Shown: one piece after another, positions 48,168 to 57,171 of the stretch
How positions within the stretch are numbered: the first letter of the stretch is position 1
Layout: the number at the start of each line of letters is the position of its first letter
IMG/VR virus record: IMGVR_UViG_3300045988_154566
Span: 6,167-70,166 of that record
From: a virus
DNA length: 64,000 nt
Reading direction: 5' to 3' (one strand)
Position numbers and translations under genes: made by a program
The notes under the pieces: generated by a model
The model's input: the letters and a program-made list of their open reading frames with translations, nothing else
Database searches by the model: none
What the model was told of the DNA's origin: nothing

Positions 48168-48197
48168 GGGCGGCTTAATTGCCGCCCATTTTTTTTA
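48168..48197 (+). terminator. intrinsic terminator
   Basis: Hairpin GGGCGGCttaattGCCGCCC followed by ATTTTTTTT. Confidence 0.7.
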
Positions 48198-48265
48198 TTG
48201 GTCAAAGTTTTGTAATTTATTAATTGAGATTTTTATATTATATATAAATATGGAGGTGTTGTTTA

Positions 48266-48481
48266 ATGAGTAAAAGTGATTCATCTAAGTTCATCTCACA
48301 AATAACACTTGGAGAAGATAAAGTTGTATTAAAAGACCCAAATGCTATTGAGAGAGAAAAAGATAGTGATGTTGAAGCTGTTTTAAATTTTGTAAATGGT
48401 TTTAATATTTTTGGTATGAATATAACTTTAAACAAGGAAGATAATACGATTAATTTTGGAAAACAGGAGGGTGAAGAATGA
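48266..48481 (+). CDS. small protein, paralog of 48478-48822
   Basis: Shared KDPNAI...E(K/D)S...NF(V/S)NG...FG(M/I)...D..IN FG pattern. ATGA overlap with the next gene. Confidence 0.5.
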   Translation: MSKSDSSKFISQITLGEDKVVLKDPNAIEREKDSDVEAVLNFVNGFNIFGMNITLNKEDNTINFGKQEGEE

Positions 48482-48822
48482 GTGATAAAGTAAGTACGAA
48501 GATTACTTTTGAAAATGAAGTTTATACTGTAAAAGACCCAAATGCAATAAATAAATATGAAGATAGCGCTGATTCTGATGAAGTACAAGGTCAGGGTGAT
48601 GTAACTGGAATTTTAAATTTTTCAAATGGAATGAAATTATTTGGAATTACTGGTGTTGATTATGATAAAGATACTGAAACAATTAACTTTGGGGAATATA
48701 ATCCTGAAGATAATGCGCCAGTATATAAATTTAAAATAATGACAGAAGATGAGTATTCTGTTTTAACTGATAAAGACCCTTATACTTTTTATTTATTAGA
48801 AAAAAGTAGTAAGGAGGAATAA
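48478..48822 (+). CDS. small protein, tandem paralog, with C-terminal DEYxxLxxKDPYTFYLL motif
   Basis: See the paralog above. C-terminal motif resembles the C-terminus of the fiber 50734-52287. Confidence 0.5.
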   Translation: MSDKVSTKITFENEVYTVKDPNAINKYEDSADSDEVQGQGDVTGILNFSNGMKLFGITGVDYDKDTETINFGEYNPEDNAPVYKFKIMTEDEYSVLTDKDPYTFYLLEKSSKEE

Positions 48823-50720
48823 TGCAAGAATATTATTTAGATAGCAATGATAATAAAACTAAATCAAGTTTTTATCAAGATATTAATAGTGGTATATATA
48901 ATAATGTTGCTATTGGTAAAATATATTTTGATAATAAGTTACTTTGGACTGCGCCAAAGAAAAAATATGCTATTATTAATACAAATGCTTTAAATAAAAT
49001 TAGAATGTCTGAAGGAGACCAATATAATTATTTAGGTAATGATTTGAATTTTATTAAAAGTGCTTTACCAGAGCAATATAATGTTGCCTTAGAGGGGTCT
49101 ACTGCCGCAATTTATGCAAAAGAAGGAAAATTATATTCTTTTGCAGACTATGCATATTTTGATACATTAGAATTGTTAAGTCAGAAAATTGGGTTATTTA
49201 AAGAACCTGGTATTTATAATAACAATCCTTCACAAATGAATATTAATTTTTTAAATTCTCAAATCTATTTTAATAAAGTTTTTAATAATTATTCAGATAC
49301 TTGTTTTTTTACTTTTCAGAATACTTCTATTGGAATGGATTTTAATAATTTTACTTTTCCAAAAAACATTACTCATTTGAATTTTACTTTTTCAAATGCA
49401 TGGGGATTGGCAATGTCATTGCCGGTATGTCCAAATACAGTTTTAGATATGATAGGGACTTATGAAGATGCTGGAGGCGGCGTTTACTATAATAATATTT
49501 TAAATCAATATTGCAGACTTACAAATTGTTACTCTAGTAAATGGGCGCCATTGTTCTTCGGAGATGGTTATTACCATAGTCGAGGAGGAACTGTTATTGG
49601 AGATAATGTTATAAAGATGGATAGAACTTTTCAAAATTCAGCTTTATATTTTTATCATCCTGATTATAATTTATTTGGACCTAATACGAGTTGGCTATTA
49701 AATACTTATAGAAATTGTCAATCTCTTGAATGCACTAATTTTAATAATAATTTTTTTCATAATAATATTGGTATTGCCTCATGGACTTTCGCAGATTGTA
49801 GAAATTTACGTGCAGTTACTGTAGGATGTTTAAACAAAAAAGCTCAATTATCTGGAATTTATTATAATTGTCCAAATATTCAAACTGTAGATATTGATGC
49901 AGATGTAACTTCTTTATATTATGGTAATGAGGATACTCCTTTTTATTGGAATATTGGTAGTGGAAATAATTATAAACATAATATCAATGTATATATAACA
50001 AATTATTATGGAGATGGAAAGTTATTAGATGCATGTTGGTTATATAAAATGTTTGATGATTATTCTGTTGTAAATAAAGTTGAATTAAATCAAGCGAGAA
50101 ATCTTGTAAATATTGCTTACTGTTGTAGCTATCTTGATGAACTTACAACTTTTATTCTTTATGGAAATAATATTGTAAATATGGACCACTGTTGTGCAGG
50201 ATGTTATAATTTAGTGAATTTTTATCAATCTGATGGTTGGTATTATGGAAATTATGGTAGTAACTTAATAGATGCAAGCCATGCTTTCTATAAGTGTGGA
50301 AATTTATCATTTTTTTCATCACTTATATTTAAGTCTAGAAATTTACAAAAAATAGATTATGCTTTTTCTCAATGTCAAAATTTGAGAAATATAAATGCAT
50401 ATAGTGGACCATGGAGTGTAATTGGCGGAAATCAATTAATTGAAATTAATAATCCTTTTGATAATTGTTTTAATCTAGGAGGAAATTTATTCTTTTCTTC
50501 AGAAAATATAAGAATGGCAAATTTAGGTTGTGAGAATAATCATAACAATATTTTAAATATATTTATTAAATCAAATACTTTAACAAATAATAGTTTTAGT
50601 AATAAGTATGGAAAAAATATTTGGTCTAATAATAATGGATATGATGATGCTGTGAATAATATTTTTATATATTATGCAGATAAACATCAGCATTATTATA
50701 TATATGAGAATTGGGGATAA
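48822..50720 (+). CDS. BspA-type leucine-rich-repeat (LRR_5-like) protein; receptor-binding candidate
   Basis: Repeated AFxxCxNLxxI pattern: WTFADCRNLRAV, IAYCCSYLDEL, HCCAGCYNLVNF, AFYKCGNLSFF, YAFSQCQNLRNI. N/Y/F-rich. Confidence 0.55.
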   Translation: MQEYYLDSNDNKTKSSFYQDINSGIYNNVAIGKIYFDNKLLWTAPKKKYAIINTNALNKIRMSEGDQYNYLGNDLNFIKSALPEQYNVALEGSTAAIYAKEGKLYSFADYAYFDTLELLSQKIGLFKEPGIYNNNPSQMNINFLNSQIYFNKVFNNYSDTCFFTFQNTSIGMDFNNFTFPKNITHLNFTFSNAWGLAMSLPVCPNTVLDMIGTYEDAGGGVYYNNILNQYCRLTNCYSSKWAPLFFGDGYYHSRGGTVIGDNVIKMDRTFQNSALYFYHPDYNLFGPNTSWLLNTYRNCQSLECTNFNNNFFHNNIGIASWTFADCRNLRAVTVGCLNKKAQLSGIYYNCPNIQTVDIDADVTSLYYGNEDTPFYWNIGSGNNYKHNINVYITNYYGDGKLLDACWLYKMFDDYSVVNKVELNQARNLVNIAYCCSYLDELTTFILYGNNIVNMDHCCAGCYNLVNFYQSDGWYYGNYGSNLIDASHAFYKCGNLSFFSSLIFKSRNLQKIDYAFSQCQNLRNINAYSGPWSVIGGNQLIEINNPFDNCFNLGGNLFFSSENIRMANLGCENNHNNILNIFIKSNTLTNNSFSNKYGKNIWSNNNGYDDAVNNIFIYYADKHQHYYIYENWG

Positions 50721-50733
50721 AAGGAGGGTTTAA

Positions 50734-52287
50734 ATGAAAAATTGGAACTTTAATGGTTCATTAAAAGAAAATAATAAAAGAGTTCTTACAGAAGCAGAAG
50801 GTTCTGTTAATATGATTAGCGCAAGAAAAGACCCTTCTGTATCTTTTAATAATGATAATGGCACATTAAAAATGACATTAAACATTCCCGCTGGTGGAGG
50901 CTCTGGAAGTGGCGGAGGAGAAACTGAATCTGGAGTAGGTAGAACTTATGTAACTAAAGATGGTGAAAGCCGTGGAGAATATTTTAATGTTTATGAAGCA
51001 CCTGAAGGAACTGATTATATTGGAAATGCATGGGGGCATGGCTCTCATGCAGAGGGCGGAAATTTATGGAGAAGTGATGTTTCTCAAACACCTTTTTATT
51101 TAGAGTATGATGCAGAAAAAATACCTTATGATATAATAGCTAGAGATACTCTTTTTATAGCAGGGTCTTGCGTATATATTCATACCTCTGCAGCGATAGG
51201 CTTAAATTCTCATGCTGAGGGATATCAATGTATTGCTGCGGGAGATGCTTCTCATGCAGAAGGATACAAAACGTTTGCAGATAGTAGTGCATGTGGAGCG
51301 TCGCATGCTGAGGGGTATAAGACAAGTGCAACTGGTAAATACAGTCATGCAGAAGGTTATAATACGGTAGCTAGTGGAGGTGCATCTCATGTAGAAGGTA
51401 CTAGTGCAAAAGCTACTGGATGGTGTTCTCATGCAGAAGGTAATTATACGACAGTGGAAGCCTCATATAGCCATGTAGAAGGTCGTGAAAATACTATCTC
51501 AGCGTCTGGATGTTCAAGTCATGTTGAAGGATTTAATAATAACCTTAAAGGTGCTAGAAATCATATTGAAGGTACAGATAATACAATAACAAATGATTAT
51601 GTTAAGGGTGTTCATATAGAAGGTGGAAGTAATACTTGTGACTTTGGTGTTTATAGTCATATTGAAGGACATAATAATATAGGTGATGATTCTTATTATT
51701 CGCATATTGAGGGAAAAAACAATAGAGATTATGGCAATTATAGCCATATTGAAGGATATAATAACGAATGTGATGATGCAAATTATTGTCATATTGAAGG
51801 AAGAGAGAACTCCACAGGCGATGGTGCTTATGAAAATCATATAGAAGGTAGCTATAATAGAAGTAATTATAATACTAAGTATTTTCATATAGAGGGACAG
51901 CATAACAATTTTTCTTATTGTAGAGGACCTGCGCATGTAGAGGGATCTAATAATACACAATCTGGATTTTCAGAAGACCCATACTTATATATGGAGAATA
52001 CTCATATTCAAGGGAAATATGCTAAAATAGATAAGACAATGTTTAAATATTCCCAATCATCTGGTAATTATAGAGATTTTAAATATGCTGATGTTGTAGG
52101 CGGTGGAACGAGTGACTCAGATAGAAAAAATATTTCAACTCTTGATTGGGATGGAAATCAAACAATAGCTGGAGAATTATATATCAAAAACTCAGACCAA
52201 CCACTTATTAAATGTTTAACACAATCTGAATATGATAATTTAGCTACTAAAAATCCATATACTTTATATCTTATAAAGGAGGCTTAA
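50734..52287 (+). CDS. tail fiber with about 20 tandem 14-16-aa SH[AIV]EG repeats
   Basis: Examples: SHAEGYKTSATGKY, SHAEGYNTVASGGA, SHVEGTSAKATGWC, ...HIEGKNNRDYGNY, SHIEGYNNECDD... N-terminal 55 aa are paralogous to 52418-53089. Confidence 0.6.
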   Translation: MKNWNFNGSLKENNKRVLTEAEGSVNMISARKDPSVSFNNDNGTLKMTLNIPAGGGSGSGGGETESGVGRTYVTKDGESRGEYFNVYEAPEGTDYIGNAWGHGSHAEGGNLWRSDVSQTPFYLEYDAEKIPYDIIARDTLFIAGSCVYIHTSAAIGLNSHAEGYQCIAAGDASHAEGYKTFADSSACGASHAEGYKTSATGKYSHAEGYNTVASGGASHVEGTSAKATGWCSHAEGNYTTVEASYSHVEGRENTISASGCSSHVEGFNNNLKGARNHIEGTDNTITNDYVKGVHIEGGSNTCDFGVYSHIEGHNNIGDDSYYSHIEGKNNRDYGNYSHIEGYNNECDDANYCHIEGRENSTGDGAYENHIEGSYNRSNYNTKYFHIEGQHNNFSYCRGPAHVEGSNNTQSGFSEDPYLYMENTHIQGKYAKIDKTMFKYSQSSGNYRDFKYADVVGGGTSDSDRKNISTLDWDGNQTIAGELYIKNSDQPLIKCLTQSEYDNLATKNPYTLYLIKEA

Positions 52288-52293
52288 TAAATA

Positions 52294-52395
52294 ATGATTT
52301 TTATGGGTACTTCTAATATACAAGATTTAAAATATGGTAATATAAACATCGTCCGAGTATATTGGGGAAATAATCTAATTTGGATAAAAATATAA
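52294..52395 (+). CDS. possible 33-aa micro-ORF between the fiber genes
   Basis: MIFMGTSNIQDLKYGNINIVRVYWGNNLIWIKI. GGAGG lies 11 nt upstream. Weakly supported. Confidence 0.2.
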   Translation: MIFMGTSNIQDLKYGNINIVRVYWGNNLIWIKI

Positions 52396-52417
52396 TAAAA
52401 GGAGGTTAAAATAATAA

Positions 52418-53089
52418 ATGAAGAATTGGAATTTTAACGGCTCCTTAAAAGAGAATGGCACAAGAGTATTAACTGACGCGGAAGGCGTAATTAATATGAT
52501 TGGCGCTAGAGAAGATGCAGAATGCAAATTCACAAATGATAATGGAAAATTAAAAATACTTCTTAAGATACCTGCGGGAGGCGGTACTGGTGGAAGTATA
52601 GATGTTGATGATGAAATTAGTGATACTTCTGAAAATCCAGTTCAGAATAAAGTAATTGCAGCAGCTTTAAAAAATGTGAAAATTCCAGTTGATGATGAAA
52701 TTAACGCGGAAAGCGAAAATCCAGTTCAGAATAAAGTGATTGCCGCAGAATTAGAAAAACTTTTTCAATCTGTCAGTGAAGGAAAACGACTTATAGCACT
52801 CGCCATCACTGACAGAGGTGTTATAACGAGTGCTACAGATAGTTTTGAACAGATGGCAAAGAATATTATGTCATTAAAGAGAAATGACTTAGATATTAGA
52901 GTTTCTGATACATTTAGTCCAGTTAAAATTGAGAGTTCATTTAAAATTGCGACAATGCAAGATTCTGTCGAGGTTAAGAGACAAGTACCAACAGCCGCGG
53001 TTATATCCGAAACATTTAAGCCTATTAAATTAGGTGGCGGATTTAGAATTGCAGGAATGGCTGATTCTGTTGAGTTTGATAAGATATAA
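52418..53089 (+). CDS. short tail fiber paralog (shared N-terminal domain, distinct C-terminus with internal duplications)
   Basis: N-terminus MKNWNFNGSLKEN..RVLT.AEG..NMI.AR.D....F.NDNG.LK..L.IPAGGG is shared with 50734. DDEI..ENPVQNKVIAA is duplicated. Confidence 0.55.
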   Translation: MKNWNFNGSLKENGTRVLTDAEGVINMIGAREDAECKFTNDNGKLKILLKIPAGGGTGGSIDVDDEISDTSENPVQNKVIAAALKNVKIPVDDEINAESENPVQNKVIAAELEKLFQSVSEGKRLIALAITDRGVITSATDSFEQMAKNIMSLKRNDLDIRVSDTFSPVKIESSFKIATMQDSVEVKRQVPTAAVISETFKPIKLGGGFRIAGMADSVEFDKI

Positions 53090-53266
53090 GATAATTGAAA
53101 CTACTACTATTGAAACTGTTGAAGCTGGAAAATATACCATCTGAAGTATGGAACTCTGCAATTGTAGGAGTCAGTTTTTCAAAATAAGATTTACATTATC
53201 AACCGCGGAAGATAGTGTCAGTAAAATTTTAATAGATTTTTCAAATTAAGAAAGGAGATAAAAGGA

Positions 53267-54598
53267 ATGGCGTTACATGGACACGCTAAAATTGAATTAA
53301 CAAACGCAAAGACTGGAGAAGTTCAGATTATTGAAGAAGATAATATGATTACTAATGGACTTGCTAATTTATTTTCTCAAATACCTTATATGTATGCAAT
53401 ATCTTCAGTACAAGACCAAAATTTACTAAATAATTTTTTACCTTTAAATAACAAGGCAATGGGAGGTCTATTATTATTTCAAAATCCTTTAAATGAGAGT
53501 ATAGATAATATTACAATACCTAAAAATTCAGACAATCCTATTATTGGTTATGCTTCAAATAATGTTAATAATGGTTCAGATATTAAAAGAGGTTCTCGTA
53601 ATTTAACTGAAAGTATTAAATTAGATAATGGTTATAAATTTGTATGGGATTTTTCAACATCTCAAGGTAATGGACAGATATCGGCTTTAAGCTTGACACA
53701 TGCTGATACGGGTTTAAATCCTATAAGTATGAATATAGTAGATACAGCACATGGCATATTAACATCACAGGATTCTAACATATATACTTATGTACAGTAT
53801 ATATGTGATTTTGATTGGAATTCTAATATTGCAACCTGTATTGAAACTATAGATTCAACGCATCTTAGAATTACAAAATTAAAAATAGTTATAGGTGATA
53901 CTATATCTATAAATGATAAGATTGGCTCAATATTTGTTATTTCTCAAACAACTAAAGAATTATCTACAGCATTAGCAAAAATTACTTACTTACATTGGAG
54001 TCCGAGTGATGATGATTACTATTATGGAATGGCAGGTGATAGTTATAATTCAGGTGGTACAATGTATTTTTATAGAATATCTAAATCAGATTATACATTA
54101 GATACAAATTTCACATTTACATGGAGAACAAATGTTTCTTATGTATATGGATATAATTCAAAATTAACACATAAAAATATATTATATATTGGTTCAAAAG
54201 ATAGGCAAATACTTAAAATAAATTTATCTACAAAAAATGTAGTCTCTATTAACGGTTTAGGTTATACAATTGTAAATGATAATAAAAGAGATATTCTTCA
54301 TGCTGGAAACATTTTTATTTTAGAAAATGGTAATATAGTATCTCGTAATAATACTGTAAATTTTTTTAATACTGGTACTAATGGAGATAATGAACAAGCA
54401 ATATTTATAGATTCAACTAAACGTAAAGTATTATGTATTAAAACATCATATTCTTATGGCAATGCTTATATATATTTTAATATAGGTATACTAAAAGATT
54501 ATCTTGCAACTATTAATAATCTTGATACTCCAATAACTAAAACTTCAGACCAAAGTATGAAAATTACTTACACAATTACAGAAGTGGAGGATAAATAA
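53267..54598 (+). CDS. tail fiber or receptor-binding candidate (443 aa)
   Basis: AAAGGAGATAAAAGGA ribosome-binding site. N/Y/S/T-rich, beta-rich. Confidence 0.4.
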   Translation: MALHGHAKIELTNAKTGEVQIIEEDNMITNGLANLFSQIPYMYAISSVQDQNLLNNFLPLNNKAMGGLLLFQNPLNESIDNITIPKNSDNPIIGYASNNVNNGSDIKRGSRNLTESIKLDNGYKFVWDFSTSQGNGQISALSLTHADTGLNPISMNIVDTAHGILTSQDSNIYTYVQYICDFDWNSNIATCIETIDSTHLRITKLKIVIGDTISINDKIGSIFVISQTTKELSTALAKITYLHWSPSDDDYYYGMAGDSYNSGGTMYFYRISKSDYTLDTNFTFTWRTNVSYVYGYNSKLTHKNILYIGSKDRQILKINLSTKNVVSINGLGYTIVNDNKRDILHAGNIFILENGNIVSRNNTVNFFNTGTNGDNEQAIFIDSTKRKVLCIKTSYSYGNAYIYFNIGILKDYLATINNLDTPITKTSDQSMKITYTITEVEDK

Positions 54599-55032
54599 TG
54601 ACAGCAACTGTAATAAATAGCTTAACTAAAAAAGCTGAAAATTCAGATACTACATACCAAATTGCAGTAAAACAATTTCTAGTAGAACCTTTAAGAGGTT
54701 CTACTGGAGTTAATAATCTTGAAGAACAATTTTTATTAGGAATTGATTGTGTAACAACAGAACAAGAAGATTCTAGTACGCATGTAAAAACAATAGTACA
54801 AGAATTTAGAAACGCGGATTCTGTTACAACTAATTATTATACAATCACTTCAACTATACAACCAGGACCAAGTGCGGGATACACTGCCGCGTATACTGAG
54901 ACAGAAAGACATGTTCTTTCTTTTGTTTCTGCGGCGGGCACTGTTACTGTGGCAACTAAGGTTGTATCAAAAAAGAAAGAAAATAATATTACTTCTACTA
55001 AGACAGTAATTACAAATAGTTTGGCGGGTTAA
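54598..55032 (+). CDS. hypothetical T/S-rich protein (fiber-associated)
   Basis: ATGA overlap with the upstream gene. Confidence 0.4.
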   Translation: MTATVINSLTKKAENSDTTYQIAVKQFLVEPLRGSTGVNNLEEQFLLGIDCVTTEQEDSSTHVKTIVQEFRNADSVTTNYYTITSTIQPGPSAGYTAAYTETERHVLSFVSAAGTVTVATKVVSKKKENNITSTKTVITNSLAG

Positions 55033-55051
55033 AATACCCGCCTTCTTTTTT
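55023..55051 (+). terminator. intrinsic terminator
   Basis: Hairpin GGCGGGTtaaaatACCCGCC followed by TTCTTTTTT. Confidence 0.7.
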
Positions 55052-55136
55052 GTAGTTAGCTGTAATCTAATTTTCTTTGTCAATTCGGACAAGTTTTCAT
55101 TTTAAAAAATAATCGTATGTCTCCTGTTAAATTGCG

Positions 55137-55196
55137 AATTTCTACACGAATCAATTAAAATTTTCCAAAATTTCGTGACAATTCTACACAAATCAC
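55137..55196 (+). promoter_or_regulatory. direct repeats AATTTCTACACGAATCA and AATTCTACACAAATCAC upstream of the 55243 gene module
   Basis: Two 17-nt imperfect direct repeats about 43 nt apart. TATAGT lies at 55212-55217. Confidence 0.3.
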
Positions 55197-55242
55197 TTAA
55201 CGCTATTTTTATATAGTATTGCAAGGGAAAGGAGAAAGAAAA

Positions 55243-55653
55243 ATGTATAATCAAATGCCTTATTTTGGTCAACAAACTCAGTCGCCGTATAGCTTGCCAC
55301 AATACTACCAGCAAGCACCAACGCCGCAACCACAGTTTGTAGCACCACAACCACAACAACCTGCATTAAAGGGAAGACCGGTTTCATCAATAGATGAGGC
55401 TAAAGCCTCTCAGATTGATTTTGATGGAAGTTTATATCTATTTCCAGATATTGCCAATAAAAGAATTTATACAAAACAAATAGGTGAAAATGGAATAGCT
55501 ATAATGAATTCTTATTCTTTGCAAGAAGAAATTTCCACCCTTCCGCAAGAGTATGTAACTAAGGAAGAGTTTGACAAGGTTGTTGCGCAATTAAAGTCTC
55601 TATTGGAAGAAAGAGATAAAAAAGAAACACCGAAAGCAACTATGAGTTTTTAA
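55243..55653 (+). CDS. Q/P/Y-rich protein
   Basis: GGAGAAAG ribosome-binding site. N-terminus MYNQMPYFGQQTQSPYSLPQYYQQAPTPQPQFVAPQPQQP. Confidence 0.5.
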   Translation: MYNQMPYFGQQTQSPYSLPQYYQQAPTPQPQFVAPQPQQPALKGRPVSSIDEAKASQIDFDGSLYLFPDIANKRIYTKQIGENGIAIMNSYSLQEEISTLPQEYVTKEEFDKVVAQLKSLLEERDKKETPKATMSF

Positions 55654-55665
55654 TAGGAGGTTTTA

Positions 55666-55902
55666 ATGAGTAATGGAATAAATCCAATGCAACTACTTGG
55701 AATGATTAGAAATGGTTCTAACCCACAGCAATTAATGCTGTCAATTTTAGAACAGAATCCTAACATGAAGACATTAACAGATTTAGCAAAAGCTAATAAT
55801 GCAAGTGGTATTGAGAATTTTGTTAGAAATTATGTTAATAGTCAAGGCGGGGATTTTGATAAAGATTTTAATGCCTTTAAACAAATGTTGGGCGTTAAAT
55901 AA
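55666..55902 (+). CDS. hypothetical small protein
   Basis: AGGAGG ribosome-binding site. Confidence 0.45.
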   Translation: MSNGINPMQLLGMIRNGSNPQQLMLSILEQNPNMKTLTDLAKANNASGIENFVRNYVNSQGGDFDKDFNAFKQMLGVK

Positions 55903-55929
55903 ATAAATTTTATAAGGAGGACAAAAGAA

Positions 55930-56718
55930 ATGTTCAATTCAAACAGTGGTTATTCATTAGCCGATATTGCTGCGGCAACCGGCAATAATAACTGTAACAA
56001 TGGCGGATGGAATGACGGAGGCGCCTGGTGGATTATTATCTTGTTCTTATTCTGCTTTGCTGGCGGATGGGGAAATGGACGAGGTGGACTCTTCGGAGGT
56101 TCAGATTCTACAGGTAGTGGTATAACAGATGGTTATATCTTAACTTCAGATTTTGCTAACATCGAAAGGAAAATAGACAATGTAAACAACGGTATCTGCG
56201 ATGGATTCTATGCTATGAATACTGGTATGTTAAATGGCTTCGGTCAGGTAAATAACAATATTACACAGCAAACAATAGCAGACATGCAGAATACTAACGC
56301 AGTAACTGCTCAGATTACTGCATTAGGTACTCAGATGAGTCAATGCTGCTGTGATAACAAATATCAATCTGCAACACAAGCTGCTGACTTAAATTATCGC
56401 TTAGCTGAACAGAGCTGCCAGACTCGCCAGGCTATCGCGGACGCTGCACAGGCAGTAACATTAGGAAATGATGCTAATACTCGTAGCATCTTAGCTGCTA
56501 TCCAGGATATGAATACTCAAGCATTACAAGATAAGATTGCTACTCTTACAGCAGACAATCAAGCTCTTAAGTTTGCTGCTTCTCAGCAAGCTCAGAATGC
56601 TTACCTTGTTCACACTTTAGCACCAAGCCCAAATCCTGCATATATTGTTCCTAATCCTTATACAGGAAATTATGGATACAATAACTGCGGTGGATGCGGT
56701 TGTGCATGCGTAGGTTAA
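55930..56718 (+). CDS. Gly/Trp-rich membrane protein with Q/A/N-rich coiled coil and Cys-rich C-terminus
   Basis: NNCNNGGWNDGGAWWIIILFLFCFAGGWGNGRGG transmembrane segment. CCCDNKYQ motif. C-terminal NNCGGCGCACVG. Confidence 0.5.
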   Translation: MFNSNSGYSLADIAAATGNNNCNNGGWNDGGAWWIIILFLFCFAGGWGNGRGGLFGGSDSTGSGITDGYILTSDFANIERKIDNVNNGICDGFYAMNTGMLNGFGQVNNNITQQTIADMQNTNAVTAQITALGTQMSQCCCDNKYQSATQAADLNYRLAEQSCQTRQAIADAAQAVTLGNDANTRSILAAIQDMNTQALQDKIATLTADNQALKFAASQQAQNAYLVHTLAPSPNPAYIVPNPYTGNYGYNNCGGCGCACVG

Positions 56719-56734
56719 TTTAAGGAGGTCTATA

Positions 56735-57157
56735 ATGGAGATTACAGCAAATGCAGTTCAAACAGTAACAGCAAATTCAAATGTAATATTTACAGACACT
56801 CCGGTGTCAGGTAATTGCTCTATTGTTCACAGAGAAGGCTCAGGTCTCGTAAAGTTACGCGGCCTGACTTCTACTCAATGTAGAGCAAGATTTAGAGCTA
56901 GTTTTGGAGCAAATATCGCATTGCCAGATGGCGGTACTGCTGGTCCAATTTCAGTAACTATCTCTCTTGATGGAGAACCAATCTCTGCTACTAGGATGGT
57001 TGTTACACCAGCCGCAGTTAATAATTATTTTAATGTTTCTGCGGATATCTTTATAGATGTACCTAAAAATTGTTGTGCTACAGTGGCAGTTACAAATACA
57101 AGTGGAGTAACTATTGTAGTACAGAACGCTAATTTAATTGTTGAGCGAGTAGCTTAA
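56735..57157 (+). CDS. BclA C-terminal-domain-like (C1q/TNF-like jelly-roll) protein without collagen repeats
   Basis: AAGGAGG ribosome-binding site. About 140 aa, beta-rich, ending ...VVQNANLIVERVA. Pattern resembles the Bacillus BclA C-terminal domain, which ends ...IIIEKVA. Similarity judged from memory. Confidence 0.4.
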   Translation: MEITANAVQTVTANSNVIFTDTPVSGNCSIVHREGSGLVKLRGLTSTQCRARFRASFGANIALPDGGTAGPISVTISLDGEPISATRMVVTPAAVNNYFNVSADIFIDVPKNCCATVAVTNTSGVTIVVQNANLIVERVA

Positions 57158-57171
57158 AGAAAGGAGTCCTT

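Noticed and set aside
51202-51960. Minus-strand ORFs 51202-51432 and 51514-51960 inside the fiber gene
   Set aside because: They are antisense shadows of the highly repetitive SH[AIV]EG coding repeats. They have no ribosome-binding site and lie fully inside a well-supported plus-strand gene.
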